A stretch of 64,000 nucleotides of DNA, taken from Mobula hypostoma (taxonomy: Eukaryota). The notes beneath the pieces were generated by a model, which was given only the letters and a program-made list of their open reading frames with translations, was not told the DNA's origin and ran no database searches. The position numbers and the translations under genes were made by a program. Shown here piece after piece: positions 37,271 through 51,380 of this stretch. The stretch is from assembly GCF_963921235.1 (NCBI RefSeq), contig NC_086097.1, positions 110,982,001 through 111,046,000 of the forward strand. Reading direction: 5' to 3'. Every line of letters begins with the position of its first letter. Within the stretch, counting starts at the first letter, position 1.

Positions 37271-38911
37271 ACCAAACTTGGATACGATTAGAGATCCCAC
37301 AACCTGCCTGAGTTGTAGGGGCCTGTACAGATGGACATATGAACATTCCATTTCCATTTATTGAATCGAGCTCTCAGCTTAATATAAACATTCTGAAGAC
37401 CGTGACTGAAATAAGCAAGCTCAAACATCAGATCAACACAATTTTTCAACTTTTTTATTGGAATATGAAGATTTGCCACCTCTTCCCCCAAATAGAGCTG
37501 GTTAATTTTGGTATGCCAAACAAATGGTCCATGAAATATGTGCGTACTTGAAAGTAAACATACAAATTTGAAAACAATTCTGCTAATGTTAAGAGAGCAA
37601 TTTATACAGTGAAAACCATGAGCAGATTGCCTGAGAAACATAAAGTTTACTTGCTGGGCTAAATGCAAGCATTATGGATTGTAAAAAAAAAAGAGCCCTT
37701 ACCCCAGTCCTGTTCATACAAGGCTTGGGAAAGGCACCATGATTCACTTATTGGCATGCATGGGTATACAGAAATAAAATACTGTTTAAGATTTCTGCTT
37801 GAAAGCCAAAACTTAAAAGTAATCATCTAACAGCATCTCTTTCTTTACACAATAGTTGCTTATTAAACCTGTTTCTTCAATATTTACTTCATTTACCATT
37901 CCTTACCATATTAAATAAAACTAAATGCAAAACACCAGAAATTTAAACAAATACTAACAAGAGTTAGATTACAAAGCAAAATATATGTAAAACTTGCATA
38001 CAACACATGAAAAGATAAATGATGAAAAGACAAAGCTAATTGAACATTGCAACCATATAGTGGTTACAATATGTTAATGAAATAAAATTCACAATTTGAT
38101 TTTTTTTTAAACAAAATCTTTGCACCTTGGGCATTAGCAGGCAGTTCTGCCAATCTTCACTTAATGACTTTTAGCTTGATGCGAGTATTGGACAGTGAAT
38201 CAGTGAATCAATGCCAGATTAATAGGGTAGATGTTTGCATTGGAATTTGGACATTTTAAGCAAGTATAATGCTCAGCAATACAGTAAAATTTCAATAATC
38301 TACAATCCAATGATTCAGAAACTGTAATGGCTCTACCTCTTGCTTACCAGATGATAATTACTGTGCTCTCTTTTTACTCAGGGGTACTTTGGTTCCCACA
38401 TTCCCTTTCCACTCACCAAGACCCCAGATCCTGTGCCCCCTTTCCATTCACCCAGACTCTGATTCCCATGCTTCCTTTCCACTTGCTGAAGCCCCAGCTC
38501 CCATGTTTTTTTAAACTTACCTGGTTCACTAGAAAATTCAGTGCAAGGTATTAAGCATCAATAAAAAATAATTGTGTTGGAGTATTAATGGAAATTACAT
38601 CCATTTGTCTTACATCTATGTTTCTGCACTGCCAAAGTCCTGAGCATGCCGAATGATCGAAGTTCTAAAGTGACATTAAGACCATTATTTCAGTGCAAAT
38701 CATTGCCATTGCATCTTGAGAATTTCAGAAGAAGCTCAAGATACACAAATTCAATTACTGATGAGAGAATTTCTGTGCTACAATACAACAATTGTCCAGT
38801 ACAATGAGATTCAAAAAGTGGGTGTATGGAGAAGGAATAATTTTATTGTATTTATAATGGTAAATAACAGGCAAAAATATTTTGTTATTTAATTAAATCT
38901 AACTGCACTTA

Positions 38912-39192
38912 AGGTGTAGTGGTTAAGCACAACACTTTACAGTACCAAAGATCCAGGGTCAATTCCCTGCACTACCTGTAAGGAGTTTGTATGCTCTCCC
39001 GATGAATGCATGGGTTTCCTCTGGGTGCTCTGGTTTCCTCCAACAGTACTGGTAGGTGAACTGGTCATTGTAAATTGTCCTGTGATTGGGCTAGGATTAA
39101 TTTCCAGGTTGGGGGATGGGGGGGAAGAATTGCTGGGCAGTGCGGCTCACTCGAAGGACCTATTTGGAGGGTCGGGTGGATAAATAAAAATA
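38912..39192 (+). mobile_element. tRNA-derived V-SINE
   Basis: Same layout as 37007-37270. Confidence 0.7.
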
Positions 39193-39199
39193 AGTGCAA

Positions 39200-40555
39200 A
39201 CTGTAACAAGAGAGATCCATTCAGCTGATATCTTAACTATCTCCCATAAAATGAGTGGAACTGTGTGTGAGGCTTGGTTGAGGAAGCAAAAATCAGACAG
39301 GACTTTTGAGGAATATAAAGAAAGGAGAGCTCAAGCAGGAAATCAGGAGGACTATAAGGGGTCACGAAATGTTCTTGATGAGGAGAATTAAGGAAAACAT
39401 GAACAAGAGAAAATCTACAGATGCTGGAAATGTTGGAGGAACTCAGCAGGTCAAGCAGCATCACTGGACAAAATTACAATCAACGTTTCAGGCCGAGACC
39501 CATTGGCAGGATTTTAAAAAATCTCATTTTATAATACATTAAAAACAAGAGGGGAGGACCACTCAAGGACAAAGAAAACATAGGATCCACTCCCATTTGG
39601 TGAAGCATAGACTTCTTAGGGATAGTCAAAATGGCTTTGTAGAGAGCCAGTCATGAAGCTGATTAGGGTAAAGCAATGGATGTTGTATACTCTGACTTTA
39701 CTAAAGTTTTTGATAAGGTATATTGTGGTAAGGCTGATGCAGAGGATTAAACCACTTGAAATCCGTGGAGACTTTGCAGGTTGCATTCAAAATCTTCTTG
39801 GTCATTTACAACAGAGAGCAGTGGTGAGATGTGTTTCTGACTGAAGGCCTATGACCAGTGATGTTCTGCAAGGATCAGTGGTGGGACCTCTGCTTTGATG
39901 GTCAAAATGATCTAATGAAAATATTGGTAGGCTGATTAGTACCTTTGCAAAAGGCATGAAAATTAGCACCGTCATGGGTTGAGAGATGGATGTCAAAGTA
40001 TTTAACAAGATCAGTTGGAAATGTAGGCAGGGAAAATAGACAGTAATTGGAATGACACTTAGGAACACTGATAGACACAAGGGCTTTGGGCTTGAAAGTA
40101 CATGGCCTCAAAGTTCACCCTACAGATTCATTAGGGTGGCAAGGGCAGTGTATGGCACAGTTGCTTTTACTGGATGTAGAGTATAAAAGCAAAAAAGTCA
40201 TACTACAGCTATATACAACTTCAGTTAGGCCACATTATGAATACCATATGCTGTTCTGGTTGCTGCATTACAGGAAAGCTTTTGAAAGTGCACAAGTAGT
40301 TCACCATACTATTGCCTGGATTAGGGAACATTAACTATAAGGTGAAGTTGAATAAACTGGGATTGTTTTTCCTGGAGGATCAGAGGCTTAAAGGCAACCC
40401 AATAGAAGCAACTAAAATTATGAGGGGCATAGATAGGACTAGATAGTCTTTTTTACCCCAGGATCAAGGACAAGAGTTTGGCTTTAAGGTGAAAGAGGGA
40501 AAATTTAAAGGCAGGGTGACTGACCCTTTGCAGACAGATGGATTAATTAGATTGG
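39200..40555 (+). mobile_element. Highly degraded CR1 LINE with a Penelope-like tail insert (~39402-39513)
   Basis: LQLYTTSVRPHYEY peptide; the insert matches PLE terminal sequence. Confidence 0.55.
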
Positions 40556-41890
40556 CATAGTCAGTATTCATCACTCTTCCTAAGAAACCTGGAGCAATAG
40601 AATGTGAATTACATAGGACCATAAGTTTAATGAGTCATATCACTAAGATACTTCGAAGAATTTTGATGTCAAATGCTAAAAGTAAGGTAGTAAGCTGAAA
40701 TAGGTAAAGAACAATGTGGTTTTGTGAAAGACACAAGAAACGCGATATTGATGTTAAGGATACTAGCAGAGCGAGCTAATCAAGTGCAAAAAGATTTGTT
40801 TCCTTTTTTATCAACTACACAAAAGCATTTGATAAAGTGAAACACAGTAAGTTATTTGAAATATTACAGGAAACTCTAGATCTAGATTCGAAAGACCTCC
40901 GCCTAATCAGAAATCTGTACTGGGAACAAACTGCCGCTGTAAGACTAGATGGAGAAGTGAGTCAATTTACGAAAATCAAGAGAGGCGTTAGACAAGGGTG
41001 TGTTTTCTCCCCGATTTAATGTGTACAGTGAAACAATATTACAAAAAATAAAGAGACATCTTGGATATCAAAGTTGGCGGTGAAAACATCAATAATTTTA
41101 GATATGCAGATGACACAGTGTTAATTGCAAGTACGGAGGAAGAACTACAAAACTTAATTGATATAGTTGTTGAAGAAAGTGCAAAAATGGGTCTATCTAT
41201 CAATTGCAAAAAAACAGAATGTATGGTGATATCCAAAAAGAAGGAGAATCCTATCTGCAGGCTGAGAATAAACGGGGAAGACATAAAACAAGTACAGAAC
41301 TTTTGCTACTTAGGAAGCTGGGTGACATCAGGTGGCAGGTGCAACATGGACATCAAAAGATGAATAGGGATGGCAAAAGACACCTTGACAAGAATGAAGA
41401 GTATACTGACCAACACTAAACTAGGCATGACAACCCACCTCAGACTACTGAAATGTCATGTTTATCCAGTTATGTTATATGGCTCAGAATGTTGGACAAT
41501 ATCTAGTAACATGAGGAAATGAATTGAAGCAGCAGAGATGTGGTTTTTGAGGAGGATGCAAAGAATATCATGGACGAAATAAATATCTAACGAGGATGTC
41601 ATGAACAGAGCAAGGACAAAAAAAGAAATAATGTATGAGATCATGAAAAGGCAACATGACTTCATTAGACATGTGATTAGGAAAGAGGAGTTAGAATGCA
41701 CGGTAATTATGGGAAAGGTTGAAAGGAAGAAAGCAAGAGGAAGACAAAGACAAATGATGATGGAGACAGCAGCCACAGAACTGGAAATGAATACCAATGA
41801 ATTGATCCAATTGACCTGAAACAGGAGTGTGTAGGCCATGGCAGTCAAAGTTCAAAATGGGCACGGCACCTGATGGTGATGATGATGATA
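40556..41890 (+). mobile_element. 5'-truncated RTE-clade LINE
   Basis: LPKKPGAIECELHRTISLMSH, KRGVRQGCVFSP, NNFRYADDTVLIA; (GAT)n tail. Confidence 0.88.
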
Positions 41891-43424
41891 GTCAACCCAG
41901 ACCTCGTGACAAAGGGCCTGGTCATGTGCAAAACTGTTAAATGTTCTGCACAATGTGTCAGACTCCAACCCAACCCACAGTGATAATGCTCATTGTTCAA
42001 ATGAGATAATAAAATCATATTTCAAAAATCCCCAGTCTCTGATTTGCCACAAAAAATTAAAAGATTCTGCATGACAAAACAATAATATGAAAACTTTGAT
42101 GATCAACGTCCCCAACTGTTTGGCAGCTGGCTCACCAAATAACTTTTGACACAGTCCCCATATATTCATGGGAGTTTAAGATGCCACACTGCTGTCCATT
42201 GGCTGGAGCTACAATTGGCATGCTTCCATTAAACTTAACCTGGTTCTTTTTCCTGTGTTCCCTTTATATTTATCAGGCTCACTGCTATTTTACTGCATAT
42301 AGTCATATAGCAAAGAAACATGCCCACCAGACCAAATGGTCCATACCAACCAAGATTTGCATCTAAGCTGGACACAACTGTCTGTGGTTGGCCCACATCC
42401 CATCCTTTCCCATCCATGCATCTGCCAAGAACCTTTTAACAGTTGTTAATGCAGCAACTTCAACCATTTTTCTGTCAGCTCATTCTATACAAACTACCCT
42501 TTGGGTATAAAAGTTGCCCTTTAGATTCCTATTAAATCTCTCCCCTCTCCACTTAAACCTATGCTGTGTAGTTTTCAACTCCCAAACCATGGGGAAAAAG
42601 ACCATGCAAGTTTACTCCATGCCCCAATCATTTCTACACTTCTGCAAGACCACTCCTGATTCTTCTATGTTCCAATGAAAACAGTCCCAACCTACTCAAA
42701 GTCTCTCTTTAGCACAGTCTCTCAAGACCCAACAACATCCTTAAATATCCTTTGCAGTCTTTCCAGCTTAGTGACATGTGTCTTATAGCAAGGTGACCAA
42801 ATGTAGCCTCATCAACATATTGTACAACCGCAACATAATATCCAGTCAAACATGTATATCCAGTGCCCTGATTGAAGGGAAACATGCCAAAAGCCTTCTT
42901 CCCCACCCTATCTATCTGCAACACTACTGTCAGAGTACAATTTTTTTAAAACATGAATTAATAGTGTTGACATTTTACAGTGACATATGACATTGGGAAC
43001 ATCTGCTAGCCTGGCAGCATCAAAGTCCTAAATGTGCCTGATTAATGGAGTTTCACTGGATTTATTGAATTATTTATTATCAGTATATTGGAAAATAAAA
43101 TAATACATTTATTAAGCTTGATGCTTCCAGAATTTATGAATCTTAAGAAATACTTAATGGTCTATGATAGGCGACCACTTGCAGTTGACACTGTGTATCT
43201 ATTAATTGCAATGACAGAAAATGAGCCCAAAAATGTATGATAAAACAATGTAAATGAGCATTGAGTGAGAGATATCTGCAAGTACTAAGTTCTTGAAATT
43301 AATGGTTGTGCCTTTGTCAGATCTGAATATCATTTTGTATAGTACTGGATGGTGAAAATTACCTACAATTGAGCATTGGTGCATTAAGCTCAGAACTATA
43401 TAGCAAACTTGCATATTATGAACA

Positions 43425-44352
43425 CAAGAAAGGAAGAGGGGATAAACCAGAATAAGAAGGTGGGGGAGGGGAAGGAGCACAAGCTACAAGGTGATAGGTG
43501 AAGACTGAATGGGTGGGGGTGGGGAGATGAGCAGCTTGAGGTGTTAAGTGGAAAGGGTAAAAGGCTGAAGAAGAAATCTGGTAGGAGGAGGAGAGAGTGG
43601 AGTATGGGAAAAAGGGAAGGAGGGGCACCGCGGGAGGTGATAGGCTGGTGAGCAGAAGGAAGGAGGTGAACAGGGTACTGGAGTAGGGAAATTGAAGAGG
43701 AAAGGGGGAAGGGTATAAAAATTACCAGACATTGATGAGACTTTTCTTTCCAGAGTATCAGAGATGTCCTTCTTCAAAAAAAAAAATGGGGTTTTCCTTC
43801 TTCTACCATTAATGCTTCCCTTACCTGCATCTCCTCCATTTCCCAAACACCTGTCCTCACCTTATCTTCCCACTGCCTTAGGGAGAGTTCCTCTTGTTCT
43901 CAACTGCCACCCCATGAGCCTCTGCATACAGCACATCACTCTCCACCATTCTGTATGGGATCCTACCACTAAACGCATTTTTACCAGCCCCCTACTCTAC
44001 GCTTTCTGCCAGACTCTCTCCATGACTCTCTTGTCCATTTGTCTCTCCCTACTATTCTCCTGGCACCTAACCCTGCAAGCTGAAGAAGTGCTACACCTGC
44101 CTGGGCACCTCTTTCCTCACCTCCATTCAGGGGCCCAAGCAGTCCTTCCGGGTGAGGCAATACCTCACCAGTGAATCTACTGGGGTCATCTACTGTATCC
44201 AGTGCTCCTGATGCAGCCTCGTCTACATAGGTGACAGCTAACACAGATTGGAGGTCCTGATGAAGGAAGTGGTGTCAGACCGAATCGTCAACTGTTTATT
44301 CATTTCCATAGATGCTGCCTGATCTGCTGAGTTCCTTCAGCACTTTGTGTGT
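43425..44352. mobile_element. Penelope-like fragments with internal inversion and hammerhead-like tail (44253-44294)
   Basis: RVPLVL, DPTTKRIF, GVIYCIQCS similar to the 33212-35952 element; CTGATGA at 44257. Confidence 0.7.
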
Positions 44353-44617
44353 GAAGCTTGAGTGTGTAACCTCATTCACAAGGCTATATAAATTACAGCG
44401 GGATTAAAAAAACAACCAAAGCTCAGATTTCACATTTGCTAGCTATGTAAATTTGTTGTTACCATATATATTTCCTGGATTGGTCTGGAATAAGTTTGAC
44501 TTTTACTTATTCATTTAATTGAAGCTACTGGGCTTATGCAGGAACATATTTGCATGTTAACATTAAAAAAAATTTAAAATGAGGATGAAATAGAAGAACA
44601 CAGCAGGGACTACTTAC

Positions 44618-44765
44618 CAGCTCTGTCAGATTTCTCTTTCTGTTCCAGCAGGTCTTCTCGCTGCCCACTGAACTGCTGAATTCTTGCACGAAGCTGAGAG
44701 ATTTCTTCTTCTTTCATTTCCAATGTTTCATGCATCTGTCGTTTTGTCTCTGCAATCACCATTCC
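44618..44765 (-). CDS. GOLGA4: GOLGA4 internal coding exon, 148 nt, phase 0-1
   Basis: tacag|GGA ATG GTG...AGA GCT G|gtaagt; translates GMVIAETKRQMHETLEMKEEEISQLRARIQQFSGQREDLLEQKEKSDRA, directly continuing the 84-nt exon. Confidence 0.93.
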
Positions 44766-44789
44766 CTGTAATTTATTAATTCTTAGAAT

Positions 44790-47040
44790 TCAGAGCATAA
44801 AAACTGGCCATTTAGCTCAATTGTTTTTGCAAACATTGTTATTCCTCAAGAACTTCTTTCTTGGCAATTACCACCTTATAACCTTGATTATTAGCAGTTA
44901 CATTTGCCTCCTACTAGGCAATAAAGTACATTTGAAATTTCCTTTGGATTTCTGCAAGTCCTAACCTACTTAACCTTTCTCTATAACTCAGGTCGTCAAT
45001 TCCCAGCAACAGCCTTTAGATGTTCTCTGCATTCTTTCAAGCCTATTGATATCTTCCCTGTAAGTAGGTGACCAGAAGTGCACACAATACTCTAAATTTG
45101 ACCTCTTCATTGCCTTGCACAACTTCAAGAAAACATTCTGACTCTAGTATCCAATGCCCTAATTTATGAAGCTTCTACCATACACCTCCAAGCACTACTA
45201 TTCACTAATTCATAATCTGCTTTGTTTTCCCAAATGCAACACCTCACACTTGTCTGCATTAATTCTACCTGATATTTTACAGCAGTTTCCTCACTATTCA
45301 AGATCATACTGCAAGCTTTAACCATTCTTCCTTGATGTATACTACACCTTCAATCATGGTATCATTTGCAAATCTGCTGATACAGTTTACCACATTATCA
45401 TCCAAATCAATAATATAAATGATAAACAAAAGACCCAGCACCAACCTCTGCAGCACACCATGACCACAGGTCTCCAGTCAAAAGGAAAACTATCCATTAC
45501 CACTGTCCATCTTCTCCCACTAAGCAAATATTAGTTCCAATTGGCTGCTTCATCCTGAATACCGAGTGACTTAACCTTCCGAACTGCAGGGAATCATGGG
45601 GAAAGGGTATGAGGCGTTCCGAAAGTCCATGCAGAAAACATTCAGTGCTTTTCCTTGATCAGCCTTCTTGCTTATATCCTCAAAAATCTAAGATTAGTTA
45701 TACATAGCCTAACACACACAAAGCCATGTCGACCACCCCTAATCAGGCCTTGTTTACTTATATATCCTTTCCCTTAGAATATCTTCCAATAATTTACCCA
45801 CAACTGATGTCTGGCTCACTAGCCTAGATTTTCCCAGCCACTGTTCCCACTAAGCTGCGTGGGTATGTGGCTGTGTAGTAACTGAAATGCTCCCACACAG
45901 ACACCTTTGTTGCTGCATAGCTGTAATTTTCTTTTATATAATGTTAATTTAAAGTGCCGTGCAGTTGTCAGGCAGTGTAAAAAATTCCTGTTCAGAGCAA
46001 TGATTGGTCTGCGCAACTGTGTAAAAAAAATTTTTTTTAGAGGGAATGTTCCCAGCTTATTCTTAGAGCCTTTCTTAAACAACAGAACTATATTAGCTAT
46101 TCTCCAGCCTCCAGTCACCTCACCCATAACCAAGAACTTATTAAATATCTCTGCCCAGGCACCTGCAATTTCTGCACTAGCTTCCTACAAGGTCTAAGGT
46201 GATATCTTGTCAAGTCCTGGTGATTTATTCATTTTAATTCAACTCCAGACAACACCTCCTCTTCTGTAATCAAGATTCAGTCCATGACCTCACTAGCGTT
46301 TTGCTTCAGTTCAAAAATTAACGTCTGTCTCCACAGTAAAAGTGGATGCAAAACAAAATGACAATATCTCTATTGGCTCCATGTTTAGATGAATATGCTG
46401 ATCTTCAAGAGGACCAATTTTGTCCCTTACTATCCCTTGGTCTTAGTATAGATATACAAACTGTTGGGATTCTTTCAACCTTGTCTGCCAGACCAACCTC
46501 AGGTCCAGTTTTACCCTCCTGATTTCCCTCTTAAGTGTTTGCTTACATGTCTTATACTCTTCAAGCACCTCATTTGAATCTAACTGCGTATACCTCATAT
46601 GTGCAACCTTCTTTTTCTTTACCAAGGCCTCAATATCCCTCAATAACCAAGGTTCCAGAACCTATTAGCTTTGCCTTCTACTCTAAGGGATTCTGGACTC
46701 TCAATATCTACCTTTGAAAGCCTCTCGCTTTCCAATCATTTCTTTGACATATCCCAATCCACATCTGCCAGATCCATTCCAATGCCATCAGAATTGGCCC
46801 TGTTCCAAATTAAAATCTCAATCCGAGAAGCAGTCTTATCTAACTGGAATATAACTTCCCCACTCCTACACTCATGTCCTGACTGAAGGCCAGCATGCCA
46901 AACACCTTCTTTACCCCTCTATCTTTGGCACTGCTTTCAGAGAAGTATGCACTTGTACTTCTGGGTCTCTGTTTCATATCCAACACAGTCTTACTCTGTC
47001 TAAATCCAAAACTGGCTTGATCTCCCAAAACCGATCTCAT
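44790..47040 (-). mobile_element. Degraded CR1 LINE(s)
   Basis: GGWRIANIVLLFKKGSKNKLG and other RT/linker peptides. Confidence 0.65.
45839..46048. mobile_element. Small hAT (Tip100-like) MITE inserted in CR1
   Basis: Termini CACTGTTCCCACTAA / TTAGAGGGAATG; 8-bp TSD ttcccagc (45831-45838, 46049-46056). Confidence 0.75.
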
Positions 47041-47064
47041 GGTCTTATTGTCTAAAATCTAGGT

Positions 47065-50000
47065 AATAGACAATAGACAATAGGTGCAGGAGTAGGCCAT
47101 TCAGCCCTTCGAGCCAGCACCGCCATTCACTGTGATCATGGCTGATCATCCACTATCAGTATCCAGTTCCTGCCTTATCCCCATAACCTTTGATTCCGCT
47201 ATCTTTAAGAGTTGTATTTATCTCTTTTTGAAAGCATCCAGAGACTTGGCCTCCACAGCCTTCTGGGGCAGACCATTCCATATATCCACCACTCTCTGGG
47301 TGAAAAAGTTTTTCCTCGACTCCGTTCTAAATGGCCTACCCCTTATTCTTAAACTATGGCCTCTGGTTCTGGACTCACCCATCAGCGGGAACATGCTTCC
47401 TGCCTCCAGCATGTCCAATCCCTTAATAATCTTATATGTTTCAATAAGATCCCCTCTCAGCCTTCTAAATTCCAGAGTATACAAGCCCAGTCACTCCAAT
47501 CTTTCGACATATGATAGTCCTGCCATCCCAGGAATTAACCTTGTGAACCTACGCTGCACTCCCTCAATAGCAAGAATGTCCTTCCTCAAATTTGGAGACC
47601 AAAACTGCACACAAAACTCCAGGTGTGGTCTCACCAGGGCCCTGTACAGCTGCAGAAGGACGTCTTTGCTCTTATACTCAATTCCCCTTGTTATGAAGGC
47701 CAGCATGCCATTAGCTTTCTTCACTGCCTGCTGTACTTGCATGCTTGCTTTCAGTGACTGATGTACAAGAACACCTAGATCTCGTTGCACTTCCCCTTTT
47801 CCTAGCTTGACTCAACTTAGATAAAAATCTGCCTTCCCGTTCTTACCACCAAAGTGGATAACCTCACATTTATCTACATTAAACTGCATCTGTCATGCAT
47901 CTGCCCACTCACCCAGCCTGTCCAAGTCACCCTGCATTCTCATAACATCCTCCTCACATTTCACACTGCCACCCAGCTTTGTGTCATCTGCATATTTGCT
48001 AATGTTACTTTTAATTCCCTCATCTAAATCATTAATATATATTGTAAACAGCTGCGGTCCCAGCACTGAACCCTGCGGTTCCCCACTGGTCACCGCCTGC
48101 CATTCCGAAAGGGACCCGTTAATCGCTACTCTTTGTTTTCTGTCGGCCAGCCAATTTTCAATCCATGTCAGTACTCTGCTCCCAATACCATGTGCCCTAA
48201 TAATGCCCACTAATCTCCTATGTGGAATTTTATCAAAGGCTTTCTGAAAGTCCAGGTACTGACTCTCCCCTGTCCATTTTCATAGTTACATCCTCAAAAA
48301 ATTCCAGAAGATTAGTTAAGCACGATTTCCCCTTCGTAAATCCATGCTGACTCAGACCAATGCTGTTACTTCTATCCAGATGTGTCGTAATTTCATCTTT
48401 TATGATTGACTCCAGCATCTTTCCCACCACTGACGTCAGGCTAACCGGTCTATAATTCCCTGTTTTCTCTCTTCCTCCCTTGAAGAGAGGGACAACATTA
48501 GCCACCCTCCAATCCACGGAAACTGATCCTGAATCTATAGAACATTGGAAAATGATTACCAATGCATCCACGATTTCTAAAGCCACCTCCTTAAGTACCC
48601 CGGGATGCAGACCATCAGGTCCCGGGGACTTATCAGCCTTCAGACCCAACAGCCTATCCAACACCATTTCCTGCCCAATATAAATTTCCTTCAGTTCATT
48701 CATTACCCTAGGTCCTTTGGCCACTATTACATCTGGGAGATTGTTTGTGTCTTCCCTAGTGAAGACAGATCCAAAGTACCTGTTCAGCTCATCTGCCATT
48801 TCCTTGTTCCCCATAATAAATTCATCCGCTTCTGTCTTCAAGGGCCCAATTTTGGTCTTAACTATTTTTTTCCTTTTCACATACCTGAAGAAGCTTTTAC
48901 TATCCTCCTTTATATTCTTGGCTAGTTTACCTTCGTACCTCATTTTTTCTCCGCGTATTGCTTTTTAGTTACCTTCTGTTGCTCTTTAAAAGATTCCCAA
49001 TCCTCCGGCTTCCCACTCGTCTTTGCTATGTTATACTTCTTCTCTTTTATTTTTATACTGTCCATTACTTCCCTTGTCAGCCATGGCCTCCCCTTACTCC
49101 TCTTAGCATCTTTCTTCCTCTTTGGAACGAACTGATCTTGCACCTTCCACATTATTCCCAGAAACACTTGCCATTGCTGTTCCACTGTCATCCCTGCTAG
49201 GGTATTGTTCCATTGAACTTTGGCCAGCTCCTCCCTCATAGCACCATAGTTCCCTTAGTCCAACTGTAATACTGACACTTCTGAGTTTCCCTTTTCCCTC
49301 TCAAATTGTAGATTAAAACTTATCATATTATGGTCACTACCTCCTAATGGCTCCTTTACCTCGAGGTCCCTGATCAAATCCTGTTCATTGCACAACACTA
49401 CATCTAGAATTGCGTTCTCTCTGGTAGGCTTCAGTACAAGCTGTTCTAAGAATCCACCTCGGAGGGCCTCCACAAACTCCCTTTCTTGGGGTCCAGTACC
49501 AACCTGATTCCTCCAGTCTACCTGCATGTTGAAGTCTCCCATAACACTGTAGTATTACCTTTGTGACATGCCAACTTTAATTCTTGATTCAACTTACACC
49601 CTACATCCAGACTACTGTTTGGGGGCCTGTAGATAACTCCCATTAGGGTCTTTCTACCCTTAGAATTTCTCAGTTCTATCCATACTGACTCTACATCTCC
49701 TGATTCTATGTCCCCCCTCGCAAATGACTGAATATCATTCCTCACCAACAGAGACCCCACCCCCTCTGCCCATCAGTCTGTCCTTTCGACAGGACGTGTA
49801 CCCTTGAATATTCATTTCCCAGACCCTGTCCACTTGAAGCCATGTCTCTGTTATTCCCACAACATCATACTTACCAATTTCCAACTGTGCCTCAAGCTCA
49901 TCCACTTTATTTCTTATACTCCGTGCATTCATATACAATACTTTTAATTCATTACTCCCCTCACCTCCCATACCAATTCCTATTTCACTTGGCCATACCG

Positions 50001-51380
50001 TACGATCCCTTCTTGAGCTTTCTGCTCTGTTTATTCTGCTGTCATTCTTAACTTTTCTTATTCTCACTTTCCCTTTATCTCCATCCTTATATTTCCAGTT
50101 CGTCCGCTCCCCCCCACAATTTAGTTTAAACACACCCATGTTGCAGAGGCAAACCTGCCTGCCAGAATGCTGGTGCCCCACTTATTAAGGTGCAACCCAT
50201 CCCTTTTGTACAATTCATCCTTACCCCGAAACATACTCCAGTGGTCCAAGAATGTAAATCCTTGATTCCTGCACCAGTTCCTCAGCCACACATTCAGATC
50301 CATTATCTCCCTGTTCCTGACCTCTCCAGCACGGGGAACTGGAAGCAAACTGGAGATAACCACCCTGGAAGTCCTGCTTTTCAGCCTTCTTCCGAGTTCT
50401 CTGAAGTTGCACTGTAGAACGTCTTTCCTCTTCTTCCCCACGTCATTTGTGCCGATATGCACCACCACTTCTGGATGTTCACCTTCACCCTTGAGGATTC
50501 CCTACAATCGGTCCGTGATTTCCTGGATCCCGGCACCAGGGAGGCAACACACCATCCTTAAATCTCGTCTGTTGCCACAGAAACCCCTTTCTGTACCTCT
50601 CACTATGCAGTCCACTATTACCACGGCTCTGCCTGACGTCTGTCTCCTTGGCTTTGCCTCAGCGCCAATTGTTGACTCGCAGACCCATCCGCCTCTCAGA
50701 CTGGCACTGAATCTGTCCCGACAGCTTCCAAGAGGGAGAACCTGTTTATGAGAGGCACATCTCCCGGGGTCTCCTGTACTTCGAACATCCTTTCCTTGCT
50801 CATCGACGTCCTCCTTCTCTCTTCCTGTATCCTGGGTGTAACGACCTCACTGTAGGTCCTGTCCAGAAAACTCTCGTTCCCCCAGATTAACCTAACATCA
50901 TCCAGTTGTCTCTCCAGTGCTGCAACACGGTCCTTCAGAAGCTGAATCTGGACATATTTTCCGCAGGTATAGGACCCTGAGGCACCATCAGTGTCTGTGA
51001 CCTCTCACATCATGCACGTAGCACACTCAATCAGCCTAGCAGTCATCTCCTCACCACTTCTCCCCCTCTCCAACTGTGGCGTAGTCTCCTCTCTCAGCCT
51101 CCTCGCTGAAGACTCTGGAGCCAAAGACTCGCACTTTTCTCACAAGGCACTTCCCTTGACAAGGCCGCTCCCCGACAGGCCGCTCCCCTAGAGCGAGCCT
51201 TGCTTATATTAGCTGATAATTTGAGTAATTAGCTTCACCTGCCTCGCCTCCTCCGACCTGGAAGGTCTGGTTAGCTCGCTGCTCACGACCGGCTTTTTAA
51301 ATCAGCCGCTCCTTCTCAGCCAATCCCCGCACTCGCTCCTTCACCTGCCGCGCTTCCTCCAACCTGGAAGGTCTGGTTCA
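47065..51380 (-). mobile_element. Full-length CR1 LINE with several stops and frameshifts
   Basis: ORF1 ATG at 51046 (MTARLIECATC) to TAA 50121; endonuclease and RT pieces 50130-47160; (TATTGTCT)n tail; duplicated 40-nt unit in the 5' UTR (51233-51271, 51339-51378). Confidence 0.92.

Noticed and set aside
37270..38900. AT-rich unique intronic stretches (also 22620-23560, 32000-32760, 53940-55250) as conserved elements or snoRNA hosts
   Set aside because: No box C/D or H/ACA structure recognisable by eye; conservation cannot be judged without alignments.
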